Virus record (IMG/VR): IMGVR_UViG_3300032213_001531
Coordinates: 1-64,000 of that record
Reading direction: 5' to 3' (one strand)
DNA length: 64,000 bases
From: a virus
Shown here piece by piece: positions 43,886 through 54,700 of the stretch. Within the stretch, counting starts at the first letter, position 1; the number at the start of each line of letters is the position of its first letter. Both the position numbers and the translations under genes were made by a program. The notes under the pieces are model-generated. The model saw only the letters and a list, made by a program, of their open reading frames with translations, made no database searches and was not told the DNA's origin.

Positions 43886-44328
43886 TAATTAGTAATGCCA
43901 ATGATAATAAGGTTTACTCCAACAATAACATTACCAGTAGAGTCAAATTTTACAATACCATCAACTTTTGAGGTAGAAGCTGGATAGAGAATAACAGAAG
44001 TATCTTTTCCAGCTACTGTATTTCCTTTATTAACCACCGTAGCAGTTACAATTGGTGGATACTTAAATTCTGCTTGTGAAAATCCATAAGTAAATGGAAT
44101 ACCTTCTCCGCCCGTTACTGTTCCAGGCTTAATCTCTACATACCCGCCAATAAAACGTGAATTTTTCCCCATTGCTGTTTGAGTGCCAGACTGAGAAGTA
44201 TCTATTGTTACATACTTAGACTGATTTGGACTAACTAAACTTTGAAGATCATTTACAGCACTTGCCATTTCAGAAATATAGGAAACATCCAGAGGTTGGC
44301 CAGCTTGAGGGATTTGTATTTTTGCCAT
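43885..44328 (-). CDS. Minor tail / fibre-associated protein
   Basis: F..PP.V.AT...V..I.IG pattern; at the end of the tail operon. Confidence 0.6.
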   Translation of the reverse strand: MAKIQIPQAGQPLDVSYISEMASAVNDLQSLVSPNQSKYVTIDTSQSGTQTAMGKNSRFIGGYVEIKPGTVTGGEGIPFTYGFSQAEFKYPPIVTATVVNKGNTVAGKDTSVILYPASTSKVDGIVKFDSTGNVIVGVNLIIIGITN

Positions 44329-44338
44329 AGTAATTCTA

Positions 44339-44761
44339 TTATACCAGAGACTGGCTTCCTGAATTATAGATTTTTAGCGCATCGTTTACAGTTCGATTGA
44401 TTCCCTCTACTTGAATTTGAACCTCAACTGAAACTGTTCCTGTTTTTAAAAATGAATAGGAGTTAACAGATGAAGTTGCTCTCCAGGTAAGTGGTTGCCC
44501 ATCAAATCCAACAAAAATATCGTAAGCTGTTGTGTTGGTTGGTGTTGCCCAAACTACGGTTACAGCATTTTCAAGTACCTGCACAGCTCCTGCTATTTGT
44601 GTAATCTCAGTTGCAGGAATAGCATAAGTTGGTGACCAATGAGATGTTCGGTTTTTATCTTCTGAAATTATCCTATACCTTAGAATATACTCATTAGAGT
44701 TTCCTACTTTTCCTAAATCTTTTTTATATATTGTTGTTTTTTTAATTCCTAAGTCAGCCAT
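44339..44761 (-). CDS. Minor tail protein (FN3-like)
   Basis: LRYR.ISED.NR.S.WSP; beta-rich; position. Confidence 0.6.
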   Translation of the reverse strand: MADLGIKKTTIYKKDLGKVGNSNEYILRYRIISEDKNRTSHWSPTYAIPATEITQIAGAVQVLENAVTVVWATPTNTTAYDIFVGFDGQPLTWRATSSVNSYSFLKTGTVSVEVQIQVEGINRTVNDALKIYNSGSQSLV

Positions 44762-45972
44762 TATAAAACATCAACTCCAAACCTAAATTCAATATAATTT
44801 TTTGTATTTGATAGTTTTGTTATTGTTTCAGCGCTTTCTGTTTTAACAACTGTGTATCCAGTTAATCCATAAACAGAATTTGACGAACTTACATTTTCTA
44901 GGCGTAGTGCATCAAGTGCTACATAGTAATCTGAAGAGCCAACAAGAACTGGCGCTGAAATATTTTCAACTACTGTAACATAAACTTTTACAACGTTTAC
45001 AGAAGTCCAAGTAAAAGAAGTACTTTTTTCTAATTGTTGTAATTGTTTACTTGAAACAAAATATCTGTTTGTTGAAAAATCATAATCTGCATCAGATAAA
45101 ACTGTTGAGAATTTAGCCCAAACACCAGTATCGGAAATATCTGTTGAAGCAAATTCAAATAAAACTCTAACCTGATCTGGAGTTCCATTTCCGCTAACGT
45201 TAATTAAAGAAAATGCAAGGCGTAATTCATCTAGTGCTGAGTTTTGATCAAAATTTAAACTAACTCCAGTTAAGTGAATATGATTAGAGTCTACTGATGG
45301 ATTTAAATTTCCATCAACATCTAGCTCAAGCTTTGCAGTATCACCACGCATCATAATCATATTATTTAAAAATCTAGAATTCTCATATCTTTCAGATCTG
45401 TTTGCAGTACTAAAAATTCTGTTATCGGAATTAGTTTGAAAAACTGGGGTTTCAGTTAACACACCATCAATAGAATATTCTCCAGTAATAATGTTGTCAT
45501 TATTTGAATCTAATGGTTGTGGAATAAAAGGAATTTCTATTGCAAGTGCTGGACTTACAGTATGATATTCCCATAGCTCTGTATCTCTAAATGAATTAAT
45601 AACTTTACTATCTCTTGCTCCAGCTGCTGGATTTGATCCTGCAGAATAAATCCCAATTTCTGAAATATCATATCTTTCTTCTGTTGGAAGCTCTGCTGTT
45701 AATACAATCTTAGAAACTTGTACAATTTGACCTTCTACCAAAACATCTTCTACGGCATAGCCACGAGAAGAAATTGGAACACGAAACATTTCAAAATCTA
45801 AAGATTCTTTATTTTGCATAGCTGCTACTTCTTCAGCATTGGCTGGATCGTTAAAATCGTAGGTGCTATCTAATGGTTTTGGGCCACAGCCAACAGCAAT
45901 ATAAGAAGCATAGGCGGGAGCCTGCCCAACCAAATACTTTGCTAAAATGCCTTTGCCTTTATTAGTTATCAT
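44761..45972 (-). CDS. Minor tail / baseplate protein
   Basis: MITNKG...YIAVG.G...ISEIGI.S pattern; position. Confidence 0.7.
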   Translation of the reverse strand: MITNKGKGILAKYLVGQAPAYASYIAVGCGPKPLDSTYDFNDPANAEEVAAMQNKESLDFEMFRVPISSRGYAVEDVLVEGQIVQVSKIVLTAELPTEERYDISEIGIYSAGSNPAAGARDSKVINSFRDTELWEYHTVSPALAIEIPFIPQPLDSNNDNIITGEYSIDGVLTETPVFQTNSDNRIFSTANRSERYENSRFLNNMIMMRGDTAKLELDVDGNLNPSVDSNHIHLTGVSLNFDQNSALDELRLAFSLINVSGNGTPDQVRVLFEFASTDISDTGVWAKFSTVLSDADYDFSTNRYFVSSKQLQQLEKSTSFTWTSVNVVKVYVTVVENISAPVLVGSSDYYVALDALRLENVSSSNSVYGLTGYTVVKTESAETITKLSNTKNYIEFRFGVDVL

Positions 45973-45974
45973 AA

Positions 45975-46502
45975 TTACACCGCCTCATATATTGTATCAC
46001 TTAATACTATTCCAGAACTTAAAATTTGAACTTCAACCTGCTCATCTTGTTGCAAGTTTATGACATTAATAATTATATTGCCAGTTTCAGGTTCAAGATA
46101 AACAATTTTGCAGTTAGGAACCTGCTCTATGTTTGGGGCTGTTCCAATTAGTGTATAGCCAGTTCCACAATCTGGAACCTTGTTCTCAAAAGATATTGGA
46201 AAGTTTTTAAAATAGGCTAAATCCGCATCCTGCAACGCAAGGATGTTTTGAGGATTATACTGAAAGTTAATAGCAGCTAAATTTTTAATTGCTTGATATA
46301 CAACATCTTGCCCATTGACTAAGTCGTGTCTGGCAATATTAATCATCTCTTGCCCACCTATGTCTTCAAAGGTAAGGTAGAATTGTATTTCTTGTGGTGG
46401 TAGAGAATCTTCTAGAATAATTAACTCTGGGATTGCCACCTTTACCGCCACAGAAGGCTTAGAAGGGGTATTAGACGCTAGATTAGCCGTTGCTTCAGTC
46501 AT
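45975..46502 (-). CDS. Minor tail protein
   Basis: Position; TAATG coupling. Confidence 0.6.
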   Translation of the reverse strand: MTEATANLASNTPSKPSVAVKVAIPELIILEDSLPPQEIQFYLTFEDIGGQEMINIARHDLVNGQDVVYQAIKNLAAINFQYNPQNILALQDADLAYFKNFPISFENKVPDCGTGYTLIGTAPNIEQVPNCKIVYLEPETGNIIINVINLQQDEQVEVQILSSGIVLSDTIYEAV

Positions 46503-49500
46503 TATGCCACCTCACTTAAAAACACTGTCATATCAGGACCATCTGGGCTTTTGCTGTATTGAATATTGTATACTACGTATCGCTTAGATATGTCTCCTAG
46601 TTTATTTATAGATTTTTCATTATAGTCTATATTAACAATATCTCCTAATTGTAATGTTGGGTTAGCAAAAAGCTTTATACCTACAGACTTTCTAGGCTTC
46701 ATAATTTTTGAAATAATCCACTTCATTAATGAATTTGCAGAATCTTGTGTTTGAATGTATTCTGCCTCAAGAGAAAAATCTTTTTTCCCATATGTCATCC
46801 TACTCATTTTGATATCTTCATAGTCTTTTGTTAGCTTTAAGGGTGATGAGACAACACTGTCTCCATTAAACTCAAGGCCAGAAAAGCTACTATTCTTAGA
46901 AAAATACTGATCAACAGTCAAGGTATTTTTTGTTTCTTGTGTGAATGTAACTCCCTGAATCTTTAGATAGTTTCCAGAAGTTTCATCTAAAAATAATATA
47001 GAGTCCGTTGTATTAAAGATTAAAAACTCTGCACCGTATGCCCCTGCTCTAAAACCAGAAACAGTATATCCCCTAAGTCTATTAAAGGTTGGAGATAATT
47101 TAGCAAAAAGTGCTGGGAACGCTTTATCATATTTAATATTAAAAGATGCAACCTCTCTCATAATTGTTCCAAACTCATCAAAGAATATATTATAGCGTAA
47201 AGGGTCTGAAGAACTGATGCCAGACAAATAGCTATTTTGAACTATTCCACTAATCGCATATTTTCTAAATGATTCACTTGCATTAATCTCTTTATTTGCA
47301 AATGCAGAGCTTACTGGGGTGTCTAAAGCAAAGCCAGAATTTTGGCTATAGTTTTGTGTTAGCGCATAAACATGCTCAAACATGACTCTTGAAGATCCAC
47401 GAACAAACATTGCCATATTATTATACTCTGGCAAAGGGTCATTATCAACTATTCTGGCTACAATATTTTCATTAATAAACAGATAGAAAACTTTCTTAGA
47501 TCCTAAATTTTCATACTCAACAGATAGATCATAGACAGTTGTTGGGGAGTCCCCAATAAGTCTACCTTGACCAGTAAACAAGCCGTCATCTACGGTAACA
47601 CCAAGGAGTCCTTGCCATAGTGTTTCTGGAATAGCTTCGCCAGTTACTGAATCCTTTTTAATTTTATAAAAGATAACATCATTAAGATTTGCATCTAAGT
47701 TTTTACTACGACTGTTTGTACCAAGTGCAATCAACTCAAAGTAGTATCCATTGTTTGTTGTTGGATTTAGCAATACTCCAAGCCCACCAGATCCACCAGA
47801 AATGTTGATTGGTTCATTAGGCGTTGTTCCATCAACAGTATAATTGATTGTACTTCCAACGGCAGTCTGAACAACATTAGTATCATTTTCAATTCTTCCA
47901 ACAATTCTCATTCTTGTTCCAAAGTGTTTAAATTTATTGTCTAATGGCCTATGAACATATGAAATAAAATCTAAAGGTTTTTCTGTTGTATTAAAAGATG
48001 GGCCATTCATCACTAATGCAGAAGACTGAACTGTTCCTCTTATCGGAGTAGTCTTCTTATTATTTTCTGATTCTGCAGTTTTAAATGAAGAAGCATAATT
48101 TTTTATTATTCCATTTCTTGTTGTTTTAACTGCTAAAGCATTGTTAACTCCTGCTGCGCCTATTCCTGTAGTTGGTAATTTTTGTAACTCTAAGTCTGCA
48201 TTAACCAAAGCCGTTTGTGGAGGTAGAGTTATTTTAAATTTAGTTTCGTCAACAATTTCTGTAACTTTATTAACTACAGATAAGTCTAAAAGCCCAGTAG
48301 ACAAAGCTGAAGTAAGGTTTACCCTTTGCCCCACCTTAACTAATGTTGTGCTACTTGCAGTAATAACATTTCCAACTGAGGTAACTCCAGTAAGGGTAAC
48401 AACATCCTGATTTCCAAATAAATATTCAGAACGCATTGTGCAGCCCTTAACATTTTTATTATCTGACCAGTATGGATTTAATCCTGCAGTATGTGCTGTT
48501 GCAAAAGTTCCAAACTGTCTTCTTCCATGTTTAGCCACTGGACCATTTTTTAGTTTTGTTACACCATTTACTTCTTCATAATTTGGTTCAGAATAGATTC
48601 TCAACCTGCCAGTTTTATACATTTTTCCATTAAATGGTAGTTGTGAAAAATATCTTTGATACTCTTCAGTGTTTTGAACCCAAACATTTCCAAGACTGTT
48701 TAGTGATACGCTAATGGTATAAAGGTCTTGTCCATTTGCTGTCACTGTTTCAAGTAGTCGTTCTGCTCCAGGTATGTTATATTCAACAGCATCGTACTTA
48801 ATGATTTCTCCGTTAGCGTATAGGTATCCATTATTTCTTGACAATAAGCTAATGCCCTCGCCTAAATCAATTATATTATTTACAACCTGATTGTTTACAA
48901 CATAGGGGATAGAGTTAGCAAGATCAGAGTTTAGTGGAATTGCCGATAACGCATAAGATGATTGAGTTCCTGCTGTCTCATTTTGAGCCTGAGTATTTTC
49001 GCTTGCTCCAACCTCCCACAAAAGTGCTGGCTTGTATCTCCAAGTTTTTGCATTATCTTCACCCTGACTAGTTTGATCTATAGAAGACAAAGTTCTTTGA
49101 ATATATCTAGAAGTATAATTAATTAAACCATCATTATAAACATTGCTGTCTTGTGAAGATATTTCAATAATGTTAGCAATCTTATCTTTATTAGTTTTAT
49201 TTTTTATTGCACCATCCTTAACCTGATCTGAAGACCCATAAAGAGTCATACTTGTTTCTCTTTGTGTTGCGGTTGGCATCATGTACTCTTTACTCATTAA
49301 AATAAAATTATTGTATTCATCAAAAAACATTGCGGTTTGTGTAGAGATAGCCAATTGCTGCAAGACTTCTGCAACACTGATGTCTGGTTGTACAAAGAAA
49401 TAAGGGATTATAGACTCTGATTCTCCAGAAATTCTTTTAAAGGTATAGTTTGAAACACCTATAGCATCCATTAAAATAGAAACTGCTGAAGAAAAAGATA

Positions 49501-51082
49501 TATCTTTAAGTAAAAGTTCTGGGGCTTTAATTGATTCTAAATAAAAATATAAATCTCTAAGCTCTAGACTAACTGTTTTGCTGGAGTTGTTGCTAACTAA
49601 AAAGCCATCAGAGTATAAAGTTTTTAGTGGTACGAAGTAGTCCCACCCATTAACCTCTTCAATAACTTCATAGAATTTAACCTGAATATACCTTGAGTTA
49701 TATTTACTAATAATGCTTGTAGAATTGTTTTCATTAAAAGCATCATCATAATCAAAGAATTCAACTGAGCCATTAGACGCCAAGAGTTGTCCAACTGGCA
49801 AACCACTAGACCCTAAATCTGAAGCAATCTTGTTTACCGAGTAGTTCAAAGTTTTTTCTGTAAGGTCCACAGATAGTCTAGGAGATAACTCAATTAGATC
49901 AAAGGTTGATTGATTTGTATTCATTGATTCAACTACAACTCTTAAACCTTTAACATACTCAAACTCTCTGTATCTTGTTAGGCTGTCTGTTGGATTTAAA
50001 AATGATAGTGGGCTTGTTACGTCAGTTACAAAATTTGTTAGTCTTGTAACAGTCTCTTCGTGAATTTGCCAAGCATATTCTGGAGTAAACGTATCATATC
50101 TTAAGTTAGGTTGATTCCAAATATAAAATGTTCCAATGTCTGTTTCATTTGCTGTAATTAAATAAGCATAACCATTAACAGACTTTGCAGGTAAAAGATT
50201 AGCAGAAGAATACTTTTCAGCAAATACAAAAATATCTTTATATTGATTTGGAACCTTAAGTCCATACTCAATTTCTAAATATCCATCTGATTTAATGATT
50301 GGAGATCCATCTGATCTTAAATCTTGTGGCTTAAAAGATATAGCATCTACCCAGCTATTGTTTTTTAAATACTGAATTTTCCATTTTTTTGGAGTGGTTT
50401 TATTTACATCTCCGTAGTATGGGTCAGCAAATGAGCTACCTCTGTTTGTAAATGGGCCAAGATTTATGTCTCCAACATTTGTTTGCATTTTTACAACAAT
50501 TCTGTTTGTCGGAACAGCATCCTTATAAACTATAAAAGGAACACTGTCTGAAATTTTATACTCGTTATTGTGTAAACTAGAAACGCCATAAGAGTAACCA
50601 TTTTCAGTTCTATAAGAAGTCCAGTATTTAAATGCATCTGTTTTATCTGGCATGTAATATCTTGGGCGTTGAGCCATAAATATATTTGGATTATGTATAA
50701 AAAATTTACCAGGGAAGAAAGATGATTTATTTATTCCAGATCTTGGTCTAAATGGTTTAAAGCAATCCTCTAATGAATATAAAAATTTATTTTTTTCTTT
50801 TGTTTGGACTAGGGTAAACGGAGTTTCTGTCTCGTCAACTCCTCCATCAATCAAGATATCTGCATCGGTTGCTCCAGTATAAAAATTTCCAGAATCTCCT
50901 GCATCAAATGTGTTTGGCAACGTTGAATAAGTTGTTCCAGTTTCTGCAGGTCTATATCTGTAATTACCAATAAGGCTAATGTTACTAGCAATATTCATAT
51001 TCCACTCACCAATAATCGATGATCTGCTTTTAATAACAGATGATGTTTCTAGGTGGTTTTTTAATTCATCACTCTTAAACAT
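46502..51082 (-). CDS. Large minor tail (hub/central fibre) protein
   Basis: LQQLA......FFDE and P.LQLGDIV hub-like motifs; second gene after the TMP. Confidence 0.75.
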   Translation of the reverse strand: MFKSDELKNHLETSSVIKSRSSIIGEWNMNIASNISLIGNYRYRPAETGTTYSTLPNTFDAGDSGNFYTGATDADILIDGGVDETETPFTLVQTKEKNKFLYSLEDCFKPFRPRSGINKSSFFPGKFFIHNPNIFMAQRPRYYMPDKTDAFKYWTSYRTENGYSYGVSSLHNNEYKISDSVPFIVYKDAVPTNRIVVKMQTNVGDINLGPFTNRGSSFADPYYGDVNKTTPKKWKIQYLKNNSWVDAISFKPQDLRSDGSPIIKSDGYLEIEYGLKVPNQYKDIFVFAEKYSSANLLPAKSVNGYAYLITANETDIGTFYIWNQPNLRYDTFTPEYAWQIHEETVTRLTNFVTDVTSPLSFLNPTDSLTRYREFEYVKGLRVVVESMNTNQSTFDLIELSPRLSVDLTEKTLNYSVNKIASDLGSSGLPVGQLLASNGSVEFFDYDDAFNENNSTSIISKYNSRYIQVKFYEVIEEVNGWDYFVPLKTLYSDGFLVSNNSSKTVSLELRDLYFYLESIKAPELLLKDISFSSAVSILMDAIGVSNYTFKRISGESESIIPYFFVQPDISVAEVLQQLAISTQTAMFFDEYNNFILMSKEYMMPTATQRETSMTLYGSSDQVKDGAIKNKTNKDKIANIIEISSQDSNVYNDGLINYTSRYIQRTLSSIDQTSQGEDNAKTWRYKPALLWEVGASENTQAQNETAGTQSSYALSAIPLNSDLANSIPYVVNNQVVNNIIDLGEGISLLSRNNGYLYANGEIIKYDAVEYNIPGAERLLETVTANGQDLYTISVSLNSLGNVWVQNTEEYQRYFSQLPFNGKMYKTGRLRIYSEPNYEEVNGVTKLKNGPVAKHGRRQFGTFATAHTAGLNPYWSDNKNVKGCTMRSEYLFGNQDVVTLTGVTSVGNVITASSTTLVKVGQRVNLTSALSTGLLDLSVVNKVTEIVDETKFKITLPPQTALVNADLELQKLPTTGIGAAGVNNALAVKTTRNGIIKNYASSFKTAESENNKKTTPIRGTVQSSALVMNGPSFNTTEKPLDFISYVHRPLDNKFKHFGTRMRIVGRIENDTNVVQTAVGSTINYTVDGTTPNEPINISGGSGGLGVLLNPTTNNGYYFELIALGTNSRSKNLDANLNDVIFYKIKKDSVTGEAIPETLWQGLLGVTVDDGLFTGQGRLIGDSPTTVYDLSVEYENLGSKKVFYLFINENIVARIVDNDPLPEYNNMAMFVRGSSRVMFEHVYALTQNYSQNSGFALDTPVSSAFANKEINASESFRKYAISGIVQNSYLSGISSSDPLRYNIFFDEFGTIMREVASFNIKYDKAFPALFAKLSPTFNRLRGYTVSGFRAGAYGAEFLIFNTTDSILFLDETSGNYLKIQGVTFTQETKNTLTVDQYFSKNSSFSGLEFNGDSVVSSPLKLTKDYEDIKMSRMTYGKKDFSLEAEYIQTQDSANSLMKWIISKIMKPRKSVGIKLFANPTLQLGDIVNIDYNEKSINKLGDISKRYVVYNIQYSKSPDGPDMTVFLSEVA

Positions 51083-51777
51083 TACACTTCTTCCAATGTA
51101 CAAGAAACATTCCAGAAGTCATAGTTACTTCCACCACGCTTAACGACAGTATAACTAAAATCTGAAATAAACATTTCTATTAATTCATTATATTGTCCAA
51201 GGTGTGCGTAAGCTAAATTGTCTTTACCAAAATTAGAATACTTATCATAAGCAAGGTATACCCAAAAAGAACCTTTATGGCTATCATACCAATCTACAAG
51301 ATCTACTCCCCCTGCTCCACCATCAGTGGTGTATTCTTGATTTTGTATTGTAACATTTGGAAGTTGTGAGAATGACGCATCTGTTCCTGGCTCTCTTAAA
51401 CCTTCATCAATTAAAGATGTTTTTCCAGATGAGTTAAATGATGGATTTAAACCATGAGATCTAGATGGAAGCATGTTCCAAGATGTACCAATAGTTAGTT
51501 TGTCAGCAATATGATATGAGCGCATACGACCATTAATCATTCTTTCACGCTTTTCAATTCTGTTGTTATTAAAATTAATCTCTCCTCTATTATCATCAGA
51601 TAATATTAAGAATTGATCTAGCAAAGATTGATCTGATATACCAGTAGTATCAGCTTTTACTTCATAGCCGTTGGGAACATAAAGACCATTAGTAAGGGTT
51701 CCTGAGTTATTAGCCCAAAGCATTGCTTGTGGTCTAGCATACTTTCTTCTACCATTGATATATGTTTCTGTTGCCAT
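51082..51777 (-). CDS. Distal tail (Dit-like) protein
   Basis: Directly after the TMP; RM.NG.MR and W..S..LEEV. Confidence 0.7.
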   Translation of the reverse strand: MATETYINGRRKYARPQAMLWANNSGTLTNGLYVPNGYEVKADTTGISDQSLLDQFLILSDDNRGEINFNNNRIEKRERMINGRMRSYHIADKLTIGTSWNMLPSRSHGLNPSFNSSGKTSLIDEGLREPGTDASFSQLPNVTIQNQEYTTDGGAGGVDLVDWYDSHKGSFWVYLAYDKYSNFGKDNLAYAHLGQYNELIEMFISDFSYTVVKRGGSNYDFWNVSCTLEEV

Positions 51778-54700
51778 TAAAATCTACTCCCTCGAATTTT
51801 TTGTGAATCTATCTGTTTAATTTGAGCCATAACTGATCTAGCAATTTCATCAGGATTCGCATCTGACTTAACGTTTACGCTAATACTATAATTATACACT
51901 GCGTCGCCTACTGAATCTCCATTATTGATTGCTTTCATCTTGTCCGCACCATGAGTGTTAACAGCATACTTACTCATTACAAATTCTCCTGGAGTAAGCA
52001 TTGCTGGTACTGTATCTGTTCCCATAGCATAACCGCCTGAAGCAAAGAACTGAGGAATTAATCCACCTGAAGATTTAGCAGCAAAACCAGTACTAAAGTT
52101 AAACGGAGTAGGCTGGCCATCTTTATAATTAATTCCGTCTTTGTTACCAGTAAAAGGCTCCCAGCTATCAGTTTTTCTTCTATAGATAAGCGCTCCAACT
52201 CCTGTGTCTGTATAAACATCACCATTCTTATAATCATTTCCCCATACTGTATAGCTAGTCTGATTTGGTGATCCAATTAGTGGTTCAGAAAATGTTAACA
52301 TTGTTGCTGGATCATTTGCATTAGATGTTGTACTTGATGTTGTTGAAGAAGATGAAGATGTTGTTGAAGAAGATGAAGATGTTGTTGAAGAAGATGAAGA
52401 TGTTGTTGAAGAAGATGTTGTTGAAGAAGGGGAGGCTGTTGAAGTATTTCCAGATGTTGAATTTTTAGAGGCTATGGCTTTAGCTAATAAAGCATTTGCT
52501 TTTGCTAACCTATCAGAGTTCTTGGCTAAGAGTGCTGCATTTTGTTCTATCAAAGCATTTAAATTTTCTGCAATAGAATTTGATATTGACATGCCTGATT
52601 CAATAAGCTTTAAATTATTTTCTGCTTTAGTAATTGCATCTTGAGCAGTTTGCAATTCTGCAAGCCTTCCCTTATTCATATAATCACCAAAACGATCTGA
52701 CATGTCAGCATAAACTTGTTTTGCGTTATTGACAGCTGCAACTCCTTCATCATAACCTACAGGCTTAGTGTTTGCATTATTATTTAAAGCTGCATCTGCT
52801 GCTGCAAGAGCTGCGTCTAAAGCTGCTGTTGCCTGAGCGTCTATTGCATCTGCTGCATCTTGTGCTGCTTGTGCCATTGCTACTGCTGCTGCAGCTGCTG
52901 CGATGGCAGCGTTAGCTGCATCTTCCGCAATTTTAAGTGCTGCGTTAGCTGCTGCTGTATCTGCGTCTGCTGCTGCTTGTGCTTCTGCAAGAGCTTTTTC
53001 GGCTGCAGCTTTTTCTGCTGCAGTTACTGCCTCTGCTTTAATCTTGAGTGCTGCTGCAACAAGGGCGTCTGCCTCTGCCTTAGATTTTTCTGCTGCAGCT
53101 TTGGCATCAGCAATAATTTTGTCAGCAGCGGCTTTTGCATCCGCAGTAATTTTATCTGATGCAGCTTTAGCATCTGCTTCTGATTTAGCTACATTTGCTG
53201 TGCTTCCAGAATTAGTAACAATGGTTTGTGCAGTAGTCATTATCTTGGAGTCTTTTGCAGGTGTTGCTGCATAGGCACCAATTTTTGTCATAATTGATTC
53301 CCATTGTGCATTGATTGCTGTTGATGCTGCTAATAATGCAGCAAAGGCAGTATCTAAATCTTTTTTAGATAGATCATATGCTTTTACCTTAGCTTCAATT
53401 GCAGCCCAAGCATCTTTATTTTTTCCAAGGACAGTAGTTTCTTCAACTAATTTATCAAGTCTTGCTTGAATAGTTTCATTCTCGGTGTTTAAGGCAGCAA
53501 TCATTCTTTCTCTATCTACAACACTATCTTTAGTAATTTTAGCAATTTCATTTTCATAAGTCCGAATCTGCTTTAAGTTATTTTCTCTTAGCTGTTCTAA
53601 CTCATATATAGTTTTAGTTTTAGATTTAATACTATCTTGAATTGCTATTTTTCTAGGATCTGTTTCTAAAGCGTAAATGTCTTGAGAAATTTGATACTGC
53701 TTTTCTTTAATTTGATCTTGAGTAAGGCCCTGAGTTGCTACAAGCCTATCTAGTTCATTTTTTCTGGCTAGTTCAAAAGATTTTTGTGCTGCATTAGAGT
53801 ATAAATCTGCGCTTGCTTTTCGCATATCCTGCATTGCTTTTCCTGCTGCAGAAATATCTCCGCTAGTTAAAGCATCTGCTAAGCTAATCTGTTTTTCTTG
53901 TTGTGATAAAATTGCATCATTAATCTCTTTAACTGTTGTTAGGGATTCTGCTTGCTGATCGTAACGTTTATTAATTTCTTCTGCAGCATGATTAATAAGA
54001 TCTAAATCATGAGATAAGGCACTAGATTGATCTTGCAATGCTTGAATAGGCTCATTAAACTGAACATCAATTTGATGCTGTAGATCATTAATCTCTTTCT
54101 GATAATCATCAATCTTTTGACTAATATTAAGAGAAACTGCTGCTTGAATATCATTAATCTTATACTGAAGTTGCTCTATCTGTGCTTCATATGGGCGGAG
54201 TTGGCTTTGTAATTCTTTAATCTTTGTCTCATTAGCAGAAAGTTGTGCTACATCTTTAGTGCTTCTAGAATCTACACCAGTCTTAATTAGATCTTCCTGT
54301 ACCGCAAACATTTGGTTAACCATATCAAGACCAGAAGAAGCAACTTGAGCATAGTCTCCCTTGTTAAAGTTGATTTGAATATCAATTAGTTTCTTAGCTT
54401 CGATGTCTTTCAAGAACTCAGAAATTGCTCCTGTTGAACCTTCAATAGCTGCTATGTCAATTTTGCCATCTTTAATGTTTTGGGTGAACTGTTTTAGCAT
54501 TGCAGGGTTTCCAAGTACTGCGTCAATTTGCTCTACAGAATACCCCATAGACTTCATTGCACCTACTACTTCTGGAGTTTTTGCAAATACATCAAACTCT
54601 GCATTCTTTGTAAGGGTGTCAGTTATAACCTGCATCTTTTCCATTGCACTATTGGCTTCAGCAATATCTTTAATAAACTTCTTCATTTCATCTGAACCTG